Assembly: GCA_000165345.1 (NCBI GenBank)
Contig: CM000430.1
Location: 448,001 to 512,000, forward strand
Direction: 5' to 3'
Length of the DNA stretch: 64,000 nucleotides
Position 1 is the stretch's first letter. Each line of letters starts with the position of its first letter. Positions 28,467-41,100 of the stretch are shown here, piece by piece. A program made the position numbers and the translations under genes. The notes beneath the pieces were generated by a model. The model searched no databases, was not told the DNA's origin, and saw only the letters and a program-made list of their open reading frames with translations.

Positions 28467-31400
28467 TTAAATTTTTGAGAATTTATTGCAGTTATGTTTT
28501 AATATGGATTTTTGGTTCAAAATCATATTGTATAAGGAATATAGATCGCAGCTGTAACTCCAATCTAATAAATTATCAGGAAAGTCAAGAAAGTCATTTT
28601 CTATTGATTTCAACAACTTCTCGTAATCAATTTTAGAACTTTTTATAGAATTCAACAGACAGTTGTTATTTAGTTGTAATGCCATTTCAACAAAATTATC
28701 GTTATATTCTGTTTTATTTCGCTGATAGATCAGAGGAAACTTCGGTATTTCCGTATTAAAAGAGTGATCCAAAGCTTTCATATCTATTCCGAGAACTAGC
28801 TTGTCAGCATCTTCATTTGCATCCGAAATATTGCAAAATGGAGAAAACAAGATGCTTTCTGGACTTGGAATATTTTCGTTATATTTTTGATCGTCAGTTT
28901 CTGTAGTATCTTTTGTATTAAAAAAATCAATGACAAAAATCCATTGATAGAGGTGGAATTCAGGAATATCCAATAAAGATGCCAGGTCAACGAATTTCAT
29001 TGCTGAAATTTTGAGCCTCTTGTGATTTTTTAATCTAAAAATTTTAATTAATTCTGCTAAAACTATTGGCCAAAGTGGCATTAAAGATTGATAGTGTACC
29101 TTCAGTAAAAGTACTCTGAGGCATAGTATAACTTGCTCTGCTAAATAAACGAAATGGAGGCTAATATTTGAGTCAGAATCAATTAAATATTCTGGAGCCA
29201 GTTTTAAATTTTCAACCAGTTTTTCTAAAATGAGTGAAAGTTGTAATTGAAACGTATTCTCTGGGCAGCAAAAAATTAAAAAAGCAAGTCTTTTTATGTG
29301 GTTGCACCTATTTTGAAGTTCTGCAGCTTTTGTACTAAAAATTCCCATACTTTGTAAAGAAACATAAGTCTCGAGGATATTAACTCTTCCAACAGCAGAT
29401 AATGAAGTTGAATCGTATGAGACTAACTTTGAAATAATATTTGTCCAACATCTAAATGTTCTTCTGTCAATACAGAAAAAATTAGGTGAGTTCAAAGCTT
29501 CAATTACTGGCTTTCTGATACCTGAAAGGTAGTCTGGGAAAATCCTAAAAGGAAATGTGTCAATGTGAAGTAGCAGAAAGTATTTATGAATCATATTTGC
29601 GACATTATTATTCCTTTTTAGCAAGGGTTGGAACATCCAATCTAATGATTTAACTATACATGAGCCCCAAATATTTCTAAGAAACAGTCTTTTGTTACTT
29701 ACATGGAACGCAACCTCAGTATTATACATAATTAGGAACCCCAGAGAATAATATGAAAAAAGTAAACTGGGGTCATCACTAACAATTGATTTCGGACTAT
29801 TTCCTTGAATATTCGAGATTTCACGGGGAAGCTGTGATTCATGAGAAAAATCAAATTCTATTGATTGGAGAATTGCCTCAATATTTGGAGGAAGGGGCGG
29901 AAATTTATCAAATTGTTGAGGAAGAGCAGCCCCTGAAACTTTTGACGAGAAATTTTCTTGTAATAAAAATAGTACCATATAAATCAAATTATTTAAATTT
30001 CTAATCATTTTTTTATCTTCAAAAATACATAAAAGTCTTTTATCAAGGAAAAAAGATGAAGGCACATCTTTTGAGGAGGACATAGAACTATCAAGTGTTG
30101 AAAGTATTGTTGCAAACCATAATATACTTTTTGGTTGTTTAACATTTTGAAGGAATAAATTAAGTAATGTTGAAATAATTTCCCAAAGATTAAGAAATTC
30201 ATCTTGACCATTTGAAAATGGAGACGTTACGAGAACAGTGTATAAAAAGTGGTAAACCATTGTTTCTTTCCAAAATTTATGACAATAGATCCAACCTTTA
30301 TCTATGGTAATTTTTGAAAAGAATAATACATAACTTGGAACCTTTGCATCTTGAGTTTCATTATTATGGTTAAACTTCGTATTGTTTGGAGTACTGACAA
30401 CATTTGAATTGAGCCAAAAATATGAAAGAAAGTCACCAACTACAGAAAAAATGGTTGCAGGGCCAATCAATTCTTTGATTGAATTTAACTGAAATATTGA
30501 AATAATTGAAATATTTCTTAAGTCATTCGTATTTTCTTGATTTGATGAATTTCTTGATTTTGTTTTTATTATTTGATTATTTACATGAGACCAACAGGTA
30601 ATTCCTGAAAAAACAAATGCATCTGAAGCATTCCAAGCAATAATAAATGCAATTGAATCTACATAACGTAAAATTTGAGAACATACCATATCAAGATTTG
30701 CGGTTTCTTTTGACAATCTAATTTCATGTACAAAGTTGACTGATTCAATTAAAGCACTAAACAAAATTAAAATTGTATTCTTCAAAATTAAAGTTTTTGA
30801 AATTTTTGTTATAGAGCTAATTGTTTCAGGTGGATTATTAAGTAGTTGGGGAATGTGAACTAGGGAGTTGAGTTCAATATTAATGTTTTTATTTGGATAG
30901 GACTTTTGCGAACTAAAAAGCGAATAAATAAATCCTGAATTATTCTGAAAATTATTAGGTTTAGATTCACTGAGAGTATTTGAAGTAGGTAAAATTCCAA
31001 TAATATTCAATATAACTTTTAAAATTGAATCCAAGTATTGTAAAATTGCTGAATAGTTTTTATTAGAAATAGATACAACAAGTTCCATACACAAACATAA
31101 AATTATGGATTTAGCATTTTGAATAAGGGTTTCTTGATCAAGGTCTTCAAAAATTGATAGTGAAAGATCTAAATATGGTTTTATTAGTGACGAACACGAT
31201 GAAATAGATGAGTAATTTGTTGAAAAAATATAATGGTCATTTTTATTAATTTCAATTAGATTGTTGGATAAATTTGGGGTTTGCTGTATTCCACTGATCA
31301 AAATCGTAAAAAGCTTGGTATTTGCCGAAATAAGGCAGGATGGTTCAAGTTTATTACTAATACTTTTATATTGCCTTTGAATAAGTAGTATTGTATTCAG

Positions 31401-34373
31401 AAGTTGAATAGTCGGTGCTTGTAATGGGTATTTCCTTGTTGTTATTGATTCCTGCAAAGCCTCCAATACTAAGTTAATAATATTATACAAAATAGTCATT
31501 AATTTGTCTTCATAGTTGAATTTCTTTGAAACTACATAGTTATTACATATTTTATTTAAAATAAAATTCAAAGAATTAATTGCTGTACAATTCACCCTTA
31601 AATCACTAGAATTTGGAATATCAGCAATAAATAATGCAAGACAAATAAAAGAGAATGCTTCGAAATAATTCAATATTTCATATTGAAAAATATTAAGCGA
31701 GATTGGTAATTTATCAATTTTTGTATCAAAAAACACTTGAATAATATTAATATTTTCCATTGATATTAAGGCAACTAATCGCTCCAAAGAATAGATTATT
31801 CTTGCAAAATCTAAGCCATCTTTATATTGTAACCTTTTACTCGTTAAAAGGACGAATTCAAATCCTGATAAGTCAGCAAGAAGATGGTCCAAAATTAATT
31901 TTGGCGTTTCCATAGCTTGTATAATCCAAATTGAACAAGATGATTTAAGTTGAATGGAGTTTGAATCTAGACCTTCTAGAATTAGAAACGTCACCTCTGG
32001 TGGAATTTTGTAAATAGAATTTACTGAATATTTCATAAAAATAGATAATTTTTTGATATTTTTAATTCTAAGGTCAATCTCCAATACACTCAACTGGCTT
32101 ATAAATAATTGATTCAAAATAGAACTTCCCCTAATAACTGAAGCTTGACTATGGATATTGATTTGATTTGATATACGACTAAAATTTGCCTGAGCCCAGT
32201 TTTCTAAGTCAATCAATAGGTTAGTTGTAGGTTCATGAAATCTGAAAAGGTCTGAATTGAGAAAACCCCAAAGCATCTTCACTATTTTGAGAGTACATTC
32301 TGCCCAACAAGATGGTATAAATTCTTCTTTAGAAAACAAATTCGAATTAAATAATAAATCAATTATAATTTTAAGGCATTTGAAAAAGTCTTCAATATGA
32401 TAGTTTTCTAATTTTAGAAGTGAGTATTCTGTGAAATCCACTTCAACTAATCGACTGAATAATTTATAGAGCCAAGACGGAATTGGAAACTTTTCAAAAG
32501 GGGATAAGTTAGACATGTCCATTTGGGTTAGTAATATTTCATTGAATATTTTAATATTAAATAGTTTAGTTAGAGCTTCATAAAGTAGGTTTCTGAGAGT
32601 AATTTTATCTTCAGTAAACACATTTTCATATAAGAAAGTTGAAATGAATCCAATAAATTGTTTAAGTGTTTCAATTGAAGATTCAAGTGTGTCGTTATTA
32701 TTAATCTCCTTGAAAGCTCCTAGATTATTTAAAGAAAATATACATAGTTCGGTAAAAATGATCATTTCTTTGTCCTCAGCCTTAAATTCAACCATAATTT
32801 TAATTAAAATTATAAACAAATCCATAAAGAAAGATTCTAATGAATTATATTCAGCTTCTTGGTTCAGTAAGAAGTTATCAACGTAAAATAAAATAATTTC
32901 TTTCAAGAGTAAGGATGTAGGGCTTGTAATTAAAGATTCATTTGGATCAATAATCACTTTTTCTGTCTTTTTTTTTAAAAGATTAAAAAAAGTTGAATTA
33001 ATTGTGTCTAAAAAAATATTTGGGTTTAAATTAGTTGAATTTATAAGAGATCTGCATTCTTCGATTATAGAATCCTTTAACTCTGGAACCTTTATCGTCA
33101 ATTCTCTAGAATACATAAATATTGGAATCAATATTTTAGGAGCAATAAAATTTACACATTGAACAAATTCTTCAAATAATGCATTAATCATCTTAATAGG
33201 CTCAAGAATAATTGTTTGATTTGCTAAATTATTTGTTTGCTGTAAGCTATGGAGGTTTTTTGAAACCCTAATTGATTGATATTTTGCAAAGCTTGAGCTA
33301 TTTTCAGAAACCGAGAAATAATTGTCTAAGAGTGAAAATGAGAAAATTAACTCCTCAATAATAGCAGCAATTAATGTTTCCACTATTTCATCATCCATTT
33401 TATATTCATTTTTTTTTTCTGGAGAAAAGTATTTATCATTCATAATCCATTGTATCAACCTCCTTGTTAATGACCATTCTCTTATCAAAAAAAGTTTCAG
33501 TGCTTTCCTAAGTAAGTTAACTTTTGATTTATGAGGCAATATTTCTTCAATATGGCTATTATAAAGTTTTAAACTAGTTTGTTGATTAATAGGAACATGA
33601 GAAATTAGGAAATCCAAAAGATATCTTTTAACCAAAATATTTTCATCATCAATACAAGATTCAAGAGCTTTCAAAAAGAGAATACTACAAGGGATAAGAC
33701 TCTGAACTTTCTTCATAGAAATGATTTTATTAGATGTAGAGATAGCTGAGAACCTTGCTAATATCACTTCTAAAGCAGGATACCTAACTTGTGTTGTTCT
33801 CAAAATAACTAGCCATAGGGTGCACATAAAATTTTTTTCTCCAACGCAATTTTTGCTTGATATTGATTGGAATGTCTTCATTATTCTGTCATAGCATTCG
33901 CTTTTCGAATCCTCTAGCCCTGGGAGTAGCCCTACTATTAACCCGGATAAACATGGGAGTAAACCTGGACCTAAAGGCAAAAAATACTGGTCAATTAAGT
34001 CAAGAAAGATGGGCTTAACTTGTGTTGACGAGTGAACAAAAAATGGGAAAAGCCCGGATCCATACAGTGCAAGATCAGAGCTTAATTCATTCTTGCCTAT
34101 TTTCCCAAATATTCCTCCATAAGTCTCTAAAGCTTTAGTATGAACACCGCTAGGTAAAGACGGATTCAAACATTGAGCAAGTCTCTTTGAAATAGTTTCT
34201 TTGAGAGGAACTCCTGGAATATCGCAGAACTCTTTGCTAATACATCTGTTTAATCTTTGTAGGCAATTGCTAAGATCAGCCCATTCCTGTGCTTTTTCAA
34301 AACTTTGAAGGATACTATGAATTTCATTTTCATATTTTTTAAAATCGCTTTTTGGCCAAGAAAAATCGCTCAT
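28467..34373 (-). CDS. DOP1: Dopey/DOP1 family protein (large Golgi/endosome trafficking leucine-zipper protein)
   Basis: 1968 aa. The N-terminal Dopey_N block is recognisable: KKYENEIHSILQSFEKAQEWADLSNCLQRLNRCI...LAQCLNPSLPSGVHTKALETYGGIF...LALYGSGLFPFFVHSSTQVKPIFLDLIDQYFLPLGPGLLPCLSGLIVGLLPGLED. Confidence 0.8.
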   Translation of the reverse strand: MSDFSWPKSDFKKYENEIHSILQSFEKAQEWADLSNCLQRLNRCISKEFCDIPGVPLKETISKRLAQCLNPSLPSGVHTKALETYGGIFGKIGKNELSSDLALYGSGLFPFFVHSSTQVKPIFLDLIDQYFLPLGPGLLPCLSGLIVGLLPGLEDSKSECYDRIMKTFQSISSKNCVGEKNFMCTLWLVILRTTQVRYPALEVILARFSAISTSNKIISMKKVQSLIPCSILFLKALESCIDDENILVKRYLLDFLISHVPINQQTSLKLYNSHIEEILPHKSKVNLLRKALKLFLIREWSLTRRLIQWIMNDKYFSPEKKNEYKMDDEIVETLIAAIIEELIFSFSLLDNYFSVSENSSSFAKYQSIRVSKNLHSLQQTNNLANQTIILEPIKMINALFEEFVQCVNFIAPKILIPIFMYSRELTIKVPELKDSIIEECRSLINSTNLNPNIFLDTINSTFFNLLKKKTEKVIIDPNESLITSPTSLLLKEIILFYVDNFLLNQEAEYNSLESFFMDLFIILIKIMVEFKAEDKEMIIFTELCIFSLNNLGAFKEINNNDTLESSIETLKQFIGFISTFLYENVFTEDKITLRNLLYEALTKLFNIKIFNEILLTQMDMSNLSPFEKFPIPSWLYKLFSRLVEVDFTEYSLLKLENYHIEDFFKCLKIIIDLLFNSNLFSKEEFIPSCWAECTLKIVKMLWGFLNSDLFRFHEPTTNLLIDLENWAQANFSRISNQINIHSQASVIRGSSILNQLFISQLSVLEIDLRIKNIKKLSIFMKYSVNSIYKIPPEVTFLILEGLDSNSIQLKSSCSIWIIQAMETPKLILDHLLADLSGFEFVLLTSKRLQYKDGLDFARIIYSLERLVALISMENINIIQVFFDTKIDKLPISLNIFQYEILNYFEAFSFICLALFIADIPNSSDLRVNCTAINSLNFILNKICNNYVVSKKFNYEDKLMTILYNIINLVLEALQESITTRKYPLQAPTIQLLNTILLIQRQYKSISNKLEPSCLISANTKLFTILISGIQQTPNLSNNLIEINKNDHYIFSTNYSSISSCSSLIKPYLDLSLSIFEDLDQETLIQNAKSIILCLCMELVVSISNKNYSAILQYLDSILKVILNIIGILPTSNTLSESKPNNFQNNSGFIYSLFSSQKSYPNKNINIELNSLVHIPQLLNNPPETISSITKISKTLILKNTILILFSALIESVNFVHEIRLSKETANLDMVCSQILRYVDSIAFIIAWNASDAFVFSGITCWSHVNNQIIKTKSRNSSNQENTNDLRNISIISIFQLNSIKELIGPATIFSVVGDFLSYFWLNSNVVSTPNNTKFNHNNETQDAKVPSYVLFFSKITIDKGWIYCHKFWKETMVYHFLYTVLVTSPFSNGQDEFLNLWEIISTLLNLFLQNVKQPKSILWFATILSTLDSSMSSSKDVPSSFFLDKRLLCIFEDKKMIRNLNNLIYMVLFLLQENFSSKVSGAALPQQFDKFPPLPPNIEAILQSIEFDFSHESQLPREISNIQGNSPKSIVSDDPSLLFSYYSLGFLIMYNTEVAFHVSNKRLFLRNIWGSCIVKSLDWMFQPLLKRNNNVANMIHKYFLLLHIDTFPFRIFPDYLSGIRKPVIEALNSPNFFCIDRRTFRCWTNIISKLVSYDSTSLSAVGRVNILETYVSLQSMGIFSTKAAELQNRCNHIKRLAFLIFCCPENTFQLQLSLILEKLVENLKLAPEYLIDSDSNISLHFVYLAEQVILCLRVLLLKVHYQSLMPLWPIVLAELIKIFRLKNHKRLKISAMKFVDLASLLDIPEFHLYQWIFVIDFFNTKDTTETDDQKYNENIPSPESILFSPFCNISDANEDADKLVLGIDMKALDHSFNTEIPKFPLIYQRNKTEYNDNFVEMALQLNNNCLLNSIKSSKIDYEKLLKSIENDFLDFPDNLLDWSYSCDLYSLYNMILNQKSILKHNCNKFSKI

Positions 34374-34641
34374 GTTTAATTATATAGTCATGAAGCCATT
34401 CCAATCGTTCTTCATGAAGGCCTGTCTCAGATAAATTCTCTTCTTAGAATTAATTTTACCTTGAATAAAATGCCGCAATTAACTTGAGCCTCAGTAAATT
34501 GTAAAAACAATTTCCAACAAAATAATTTTGGTTTTAACAAATGAATACAGCTTATCAATAAGAAATATGTAAACCTTAACAAGAAAATTATTTATATTTC
34601 TTGAGTTATCGAAAATATTAAATCGTGTTTAAATATCAGTT

Positions 34642-35535
34642 ATGAGAATTACACACACAATTCATGATCAAAAAAAATACTTGAATTCATTGTGCATTAA
34701 TAATTTTGTTGACTTCGAGCCTTGCTTCATTAGAGAAATAACTTCTAAGTTGATAAATCAAAAAAAATATGTCAAGGTTTTGGGAATAATAGTCAACATA
34801 AGAAAAAGACCAAAATTTTTAGAGTTGACAAGTGGGTTTAAATAATATTTTCTGATCATAGTTATTTTTTTAATATAGTCGATGATTCTTCAGATATATT
34901 GAGGGCTGTCTTCTGGGGAAGTAGGCCAGAATTCCAAAAGTTAAAGCTTATAAGAAATTTCTACACCAACTCTCTTGTAAGTTTATTGAACGATAGCAAA
35001 ATAGTTAATAGAAATTTTCGCCAAAAAGAACCTTGGAGCTCTTGTAGAAGCACGAGGAATTGTTGAATCTTATAATAATACAGCCCAATTAAAATTGTTT
35101 TGCATAAATAACGTTTATAATTTCAATATGGAATCACTTTGGTGGTTAAACATTTTTGAAAAATTTATTAAAGAAAAAATGAGCATTTCAATTCCTTCAG
35201 ATAATATATTAAATGGAGAGTTAATAAAATCCAGTTCTTTTAATAAAATTGGTCGCTTTGAACTCATTAGTCAATTAAATAATCAATACTTCTCTTGCTT
35301 CTGCAGAAGGTGTCACAAAATAATTAATAATGCAAAGTTGATTCCGAATAATTCTAGATATGAAATTATAAGTAGGATGATTGTATCAGCTTTAAATAGA
35401 TTTAGAGGTTTATTTCGTTGTTCTGAAACTAACAAATTAAACAAGGAAGATATTCAATTTATAATCAATAGAATTTTAATCACCAATTGCGAAATTAATA
35501 ACGTTCTAAGAGAAGTACCTGTAAGTTATTAATAT
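34642..35535 (+). CDS. STN1: STN1/RPA32-family OB-fold protein (probable CST-complex STN1 homolog), 3 exons
   Basis: Exons are 34642-34831, 34879-34976 and 35005-35535. Introns are 34832-34878 (47 nt, GTGGGT..ATATAG) and 34977-35004 (28 nt, GTAAGT..AAATAG, unusually short). The spliced N-terminus is ...FEPCFIREITSKLINQKKYVKVLGIIVNIRKRPKFLELTIDDSSDILRAVFWGS..., which parallels human STN1 FAKLYIRDILD...[34 protein letters not shown]. The track shows only fragments, at 34642-34845 and 35095-35532 (TTG 'start'). Confidence 0.5.
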
Positions 35536-35860
35536 AGTTTACGACATTCAATGGACAAATTTCATAAATTAAAACACAATAAATAGATGAGTTGTATTTC
35601 CTGTATATTGAACTCTGTTAAAGAAATTTATATTAAAGAATTTGGATATGAGGTAAGATCTAAGTGAGTTTATTTTTCATTAACATAAAAATTTTAGGAT
35701 TTTAAAATCCCTTCATTTTACTTATGTAATTAAATCAAGTGTGCACGCTTTGCTATAAGTCGAAAGTAAGCGCACCCTGCTCACACAACTCTAATTAAGC
35801 TATTCTGAAATCTTAATAAATAGCTGGTTTTTATCGTTAAAATTTGGATAAAATGCCGAA

Positions 35861-36826
35861 ATGAATACTGAATCTAGCAGCTTTGAATGGCTCGATGTAA
35901 TAAGTAGGCAAGGTAGTAAACTTTCAAGAACTAGTTTTAATACTGCAAAAACGGACTTATCAATATACTATGAATGCGATGAACTAGAAGAATATATTGA
36001 AGATAAAATAGAGTTACCTCGTGATAAAAGTGAAGACTATTTCGATTTTAAAAAGTCTGTTACTACGAAGTTTACTGAAGTTGTTCCACGTTCTAAGACA
36101 AGAAGTACATATATTTCAGACGCCTACTATGGGTTTTCGAATAATCGTGATAAAAACAAGGAGCACGAAAGAATTCGATCAAAAACAATACCTTACAAGA
36201 ATAATATTTCAGGCATTATTAGTAGTGCTTTATTCAGCGATGTTTTTTTAATCGAGAATTCTGAGGATGTATTTATAGATAATAGCAACTTAGCTTCAAA
36301 AAAGTTTAATACAAAAATTAAAATTATTAAAGAAGGAAATAGCTTTCAAAGTATCAACTCTCAAGACAGTTTCGTAAATTACTTAAATGATAATACACCA
36401 TCTACGCATTGTACTGAATCCCAAGTAAAAGAAAACCTTATTAGAAGGAGCGAAGATACTAATAAGAATCATGAGAAAAAGCAAGATTCTTTCCAGAAGT
36501 CATGTAACTTAGAAAACAATCAATTATTTGAATCCTTTGAAGTTAAATTAAATAGCAAAAGATCTATTTTTGAAACAAGACAGTCTTATAACGCTACAAA
36601 CCGAAACTTATTTAACAGTAATCCTCAATTAATTGAAGGTAAATCTAGAACCGTTGAGTCTAAAACAAGTATTGAAAAAAATAAAGATTTTAATAATAAA
36701 TTATACATTGACCTTCCCACTATTTTTGTAGAGGGAGAAACAGATATTAATAGAAAAGTTAGTCAGTTTGACTGTATCTTATCCACTTTTTTTAAATGTA
36801 AAAATATTTGCTGCTTAGTTGATTGA
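35861..36826 (+). CDS. Hypothetical protein (321 aa, S/N/K-rich)
   Basis: ORF with ATG at 35861. It has low-complexity composition and no recognisable domain. Confidence 0.35.
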   Translation: MNTESSSFEWLDVISRQGSKLSRTSFNTAKTDLSIYYECDELEEYIEDKIELPRDKSEDYFDFKKSVTTKFTEVVPRSKTRSTYISDAYYGFSNNRDKNKEHERIRSKTIPYKNNISGIISSALFSDVFLIENSEDVFIDNSNLASKKFNTKIKIIKEGNSFQSINSQDSFVNYLNDNTPSTHCTESQVKENLIRRSEDTNKNHEKKQDSFQKSCNLENNQLFESFEVKLNSKRSIFETRQSYNATNRNLFNSNPQLIEGKSRTVESKTSIEKNKDFNNKLYIDLPTIFVEGETDINRKVSQFDCILSTFFKCKNICCLVD

Positions 36827-36893
36827 AACTAAGCACTCTATTTTGCATTGAAATGTAATTATACCCTATAATTTTCTATTTAACTGGCTCCAA

Positions 36894-37904
36894 TTACATA
36901 CTATCCTTTTCAGAAACCTTATCATCTCCGCTTTTATTTAATATTATAAAAATTGTTACGGATATAAATCCAATTGTAATATAATCGTGGGAGAATAAAA
37001 TACTGGGGAATATGGAATATAGGGCATACTCAAAAAATGAAATATTAGGAATAGTTATGATTTGCAAAGGAAAAATTATTCCAAATGAAATGAATGAAGA
37101 TATAATTACTTTAAGAGCCGAAACGCGGCCACACCTTGCCAAGTCAAATAAAAACAACTTGTACTCACGTCTAGGTAGTAATTTGTTCATTCTCCAAGTA
37201 TGAACAAGAACTCCAATTGGGATACCTATCTTCGAAACATTTAATAGACTGGTTGCAGAGATTTCCAATGGTCTTATTTTATTTTTATTTATTTTAATTA
37301 CTGTTAAGTAAAATATTATTTTGCAAATTAAGAAAATCGACGTAAAAAATATTAAGTAAATAAAAAAAGCCCAGCTATTCTTAATTTGAATGAAATTAAT
37401 AATAGATCGAGTTGAAGCGATTACTGACCAAAAAATTATAAATAAATAAATAAATCTTTTCAATAGACTATTTTTCTTATTCAAATATATATTTTTATCA
37501 TAAAAAATTCCAAAAATAACTAGAGCTGGTGCTAGTAATATAAAATTATCATTGAATCTATCATCAGTTGAACCAAATAAAAGGTATATTCCCATAACCG
37601 AAATTTGCCCAATAGAAAAACAATATGATAAAACTTTCGTGTTGAAATCAGTTGGTAAAGGCTCTCTAATTAAAGAGAATATGGAAATAGTCGAAAGAAA
37701 TACCAACCCCCCAATACATCTTAAAGCTAATAAAATCCAAGGTTCCAACCCAATATTTCCTATTAAAGTTAAATTTAACGCTTGTACAATTGATTGAGCA
37801 ATCATCAAAGTATGGCTGAAAATAGTATTATTGGCTAGAACTCTCTCTTTAAATGTTGTTAATGCATTAGAAGGTGTTAGTTTGCTTGCTTTACTTTTTT
37901 CCAT
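36894..37904 (-). CDS. Multi-pass integral membrane protein (about 8-10 TM helices; possible small-solute transporter)
   Basis: 336 aa dominated by hydrophobic about 20-residue stretches separated by short polar loops. No soluble domain is present. Confidence 0.45.
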   Translation of the reverse strand: MEKSKASKLTPSNALTTFKERVLANNTIFSHTLMIAQSIVQALNLTLIGNIGLEPWILLALRCIGGLVFLSTISIFSLIREPLPTDFNTKVLSYCFSIGQISVMGIYLLFGSTDDRFNDNFILLAPALVIFGIFYDKNIYLNKKNSLLKRFIYLFIIFWSVIASTRSIINFIQIKNSWAFFIYLIFFTSIFLICKIIFYLTVIKINKNKIRPLEISATSLLNVSKIGIPIGVLVHTWRMNKLLPRREYKLFLFDLARCGRVSALKVIISSFISFGIIFPLQIITIPNISFFEYALYSIFPSILFSHDYITIGFISVTIFIILNKSGDDKVSEKDSM

Positions 37905-38137
37905 GTTTGTTCTCTACATTTTCAAAATGCAGAAAATTATTTATTAAATTGCACATAATGGCGGGAAGATTTGGCTATTAAGATTCCTCATTGCGTACTA
38001 ATTTTATTCAATACCCACCAAAATAAAATTATTCTAATTAGCTATTTAATCACTTAAAAGCAAATAATTCGTCTCTCACATTAGAAATAATCGCAGATGT
38101 TGTTTCATGTTCATCAAGTAGAAGAAATTAACTAGAG

Positions 38138-41100
38138 ATGCAAAAATATGAAGAAAAATCGCCGTTAATAAGAACAAATAAAAGCAGTTTCTCAATCTTT
38201 TCTTTTTTTAACTCTCTACTTTTTAAACCTAGCTTGAGCTATTCTGAAAGGAGTATTCATTTAAGCGGAAGAACATTGCCTTCAAAATTTGTGCCAAATG
38301 TAGTTTGTAATCAAAAGTACTCACTCATAACCTTTATTCCAAAAGTATTATTTGACCAATTTAGTAATTTCTTCAATTTCTTCTATCTAATTGTGGCACT
38401 ATTTCAACTTATTCCCGAACTCAGAACTGGCCCTCTATTTACATATATCGCTCCGCTATTACTAGTACTATCAATTACAATCGGAAAAGAAGCAATTGAC
38501 GATTTTAAGAGATATAAGAGAGACAAAGAGTTCAATAACAAGAAATATCGTAAAATTACTAGGAATGGAATTCAAGAAATACGTTCATCTGATATTAAGG
38601 TTGGAGACTTGATAGAAATTAATACAAATGACAGAATACCTGCAGATATACTCTTTCTAAGAACCAACGATCCAACTGGTACGGTATTTGTCAGAACAGA
38701 TCAATTGGATGGTGAAACTGACTGGAAAGTTAAACGTGCACTAGGAATTACTCAGCACTTGGAAACTTTGGATGATATTTTTAGTTTAGAAATTATTGCA
38801 AACATTGAAGGACCAAAAAAGGATATATATGTTTTTAATGGAACTATTCAATATTACGAGCAGAATATTACTAGCTCATTTAATCCTGATGATAGCGGCT
38901 CCTTTTTCAATTCACAAATATCTGTTGGAAACTTAAGCGCTGCAAATCTAGAAAAGAATATCTCTGAATATGGAGCCGGCACAGCAATACAGCCAGTAGT
39001 AGAACCCCTTATGCTTGATAATACTATCTGGGCAAATAGTGTTTTAACGTGTGGAAAGATATATGGATTAGTTATTTACACTGGTATTGAAAGTAGGTCT
39101 CTGATGAATACATGCACAAAGAGTTTACGTACAAAAGTTGGATTACTTGACAACCAAGTAAATACATTGTCAAAGATTTTATTTTTATTGCTTATAATCA
39201 CATCTTTTGTTCTTGTATTTTGCAAAGGTTTTGATACACTATGGTATGTTTCATTTGCTAGATTTATGTTATTATTATCTTCCATAATCCCAATATCACT
39301 AAGAGTTAACCTAGAAATGGCTAAAATTGTATTTTCATCCCAGATAAATAATGACAAAAATATGAAGAGTGTAACAGTAAGGTCGAGCATTCCAGAAGAG
39401 CTTGGAAGGATTGATTATTTATTAACAGACAAAACTGGAACTTTAACACAAAATTATATGATAGTCCAGACATTACACATTGGTCATGCAATCTTTCACC
39501 AAGAAAATTTTTCTGAAATTGTGGATGCGCTGCAATATGTGCAAAAGGGACGAGTAAACATTGAGAAAGAAGAAAGAATCATTATAGACACTATGGATAA
39601 TATTCCAACTTTTCCCATTATTAGCAGTAATCCAACCATTTGGAATAACTCCAATAATACTCTTCATCTACAAAACTTTATGTTAGGGATAGCTTTATGC
39701 CATAATATCTTCCCTAGATCTTCTATTGATGCTAACTTAAGTAATGAAAACAGAAATAACTCAGCAGAAGACATTTTAGATAATAACTTGGGATCTGATG
39801 AGTGTATGGTTGATTTGAATCAAAAACATATAGTATATCAATCTTCTTCTCCTGATGAAATTGCACTAATTAATTTCGCAGCAAGCTTGGGGCTCAGACT
39901 AGTTAGTAGATCAAATGAAAATATGGACTTAGACTTGGAAAAACTTTATTTAGGTGACCACTTAAGAAATTCTATGGAAAGTGGTCTGTATAAAAATGAA
40001 AAAAATTTTCCAGTTAGGCTTTCTTTCAAAATCCTAGCATGCTTCCCTTTTTGTAGCTCCTCAAAGCGTATGGGAATTTTATTAGAGTTTAAGGGTAGAT
40101 ATATATATTTTTGCAAAGGCGCAGAAAGCGTAATGATTGAATTGCTCCGTCAAAAAGGGTCTGGATGGCTTATGGAAGAATGTACAAACTTGGCTAGGCT
40201 TGGGCTAAGGACTCTAGTATTTTCTTACAAGATTATTTCAAAAGAAGAATATGAGGTTTTTAACAGTGTGTATTCTTTTCCATGCACTAGCTTATTACAA
40301 AGAGACAAAAATCTTAATAGCTCCAGAAAAATATTAGAGAGCAACATGGAATTATTGGGTTTAACTGGAGTAGAAGATAAACTTCAGATCGATGTGCCGC
40401 TTACGCTTGAAGCATTTAGGTACGCAGGTATTAAAATTTGGCTTCTTACGGGCGATAAGCTTGAGACTGCTCTTTGTATTGCAATTTCTGCTGGGCTAAA
40501 ACCAAAGTATTTAAACTTTTATATTTTAGAGTCTAAATATTTAAAACATAATGTTAATTTTACCGAAAAGCTACTCCAAGTAGAAGAATTAAAGTATCAG
40601 CTCCAAAGGTACATAAATGAATCTGCAAATAGCAATGTTCTGGTTGTAGAAGGTTCAATTTTAAGCCTATGCATAAAATATTGCCCATTTTTGCTTATAC
40701 ATGCAGCATCCCTATCTCCTGCAGTTGTATGGTGTAGATGCTCTCCATCTCAAAAAAAAGATCTTGTTCTTCTTCTAAAAGAATATCATCTAAAATATTT
40801 AAAACTATGCGAGTCAAATGCTCTAATTTCTTTAGATGATTTAGATTCTTTAAGTAATAAAGATCTAACATATGGCCAAAATGATGGTGAGTCAGCAAAA
40901 AATAGGGAGAACTCAAAAACTTGTTCTGTCAAGAGGCGTATTAATGAAGCCAAAAGTGGTTACAATAGAAACAATAACAAAAACTTAAATATGTTCAGCT
41001 TTGATGAACTAAACTCTAAATCCTTTGGGATAAATAATTTCCCAAAACTAGCAGAATCTGTAGGAAATATTGATGAATGGGGCAACGATTCAGGTCCAAT

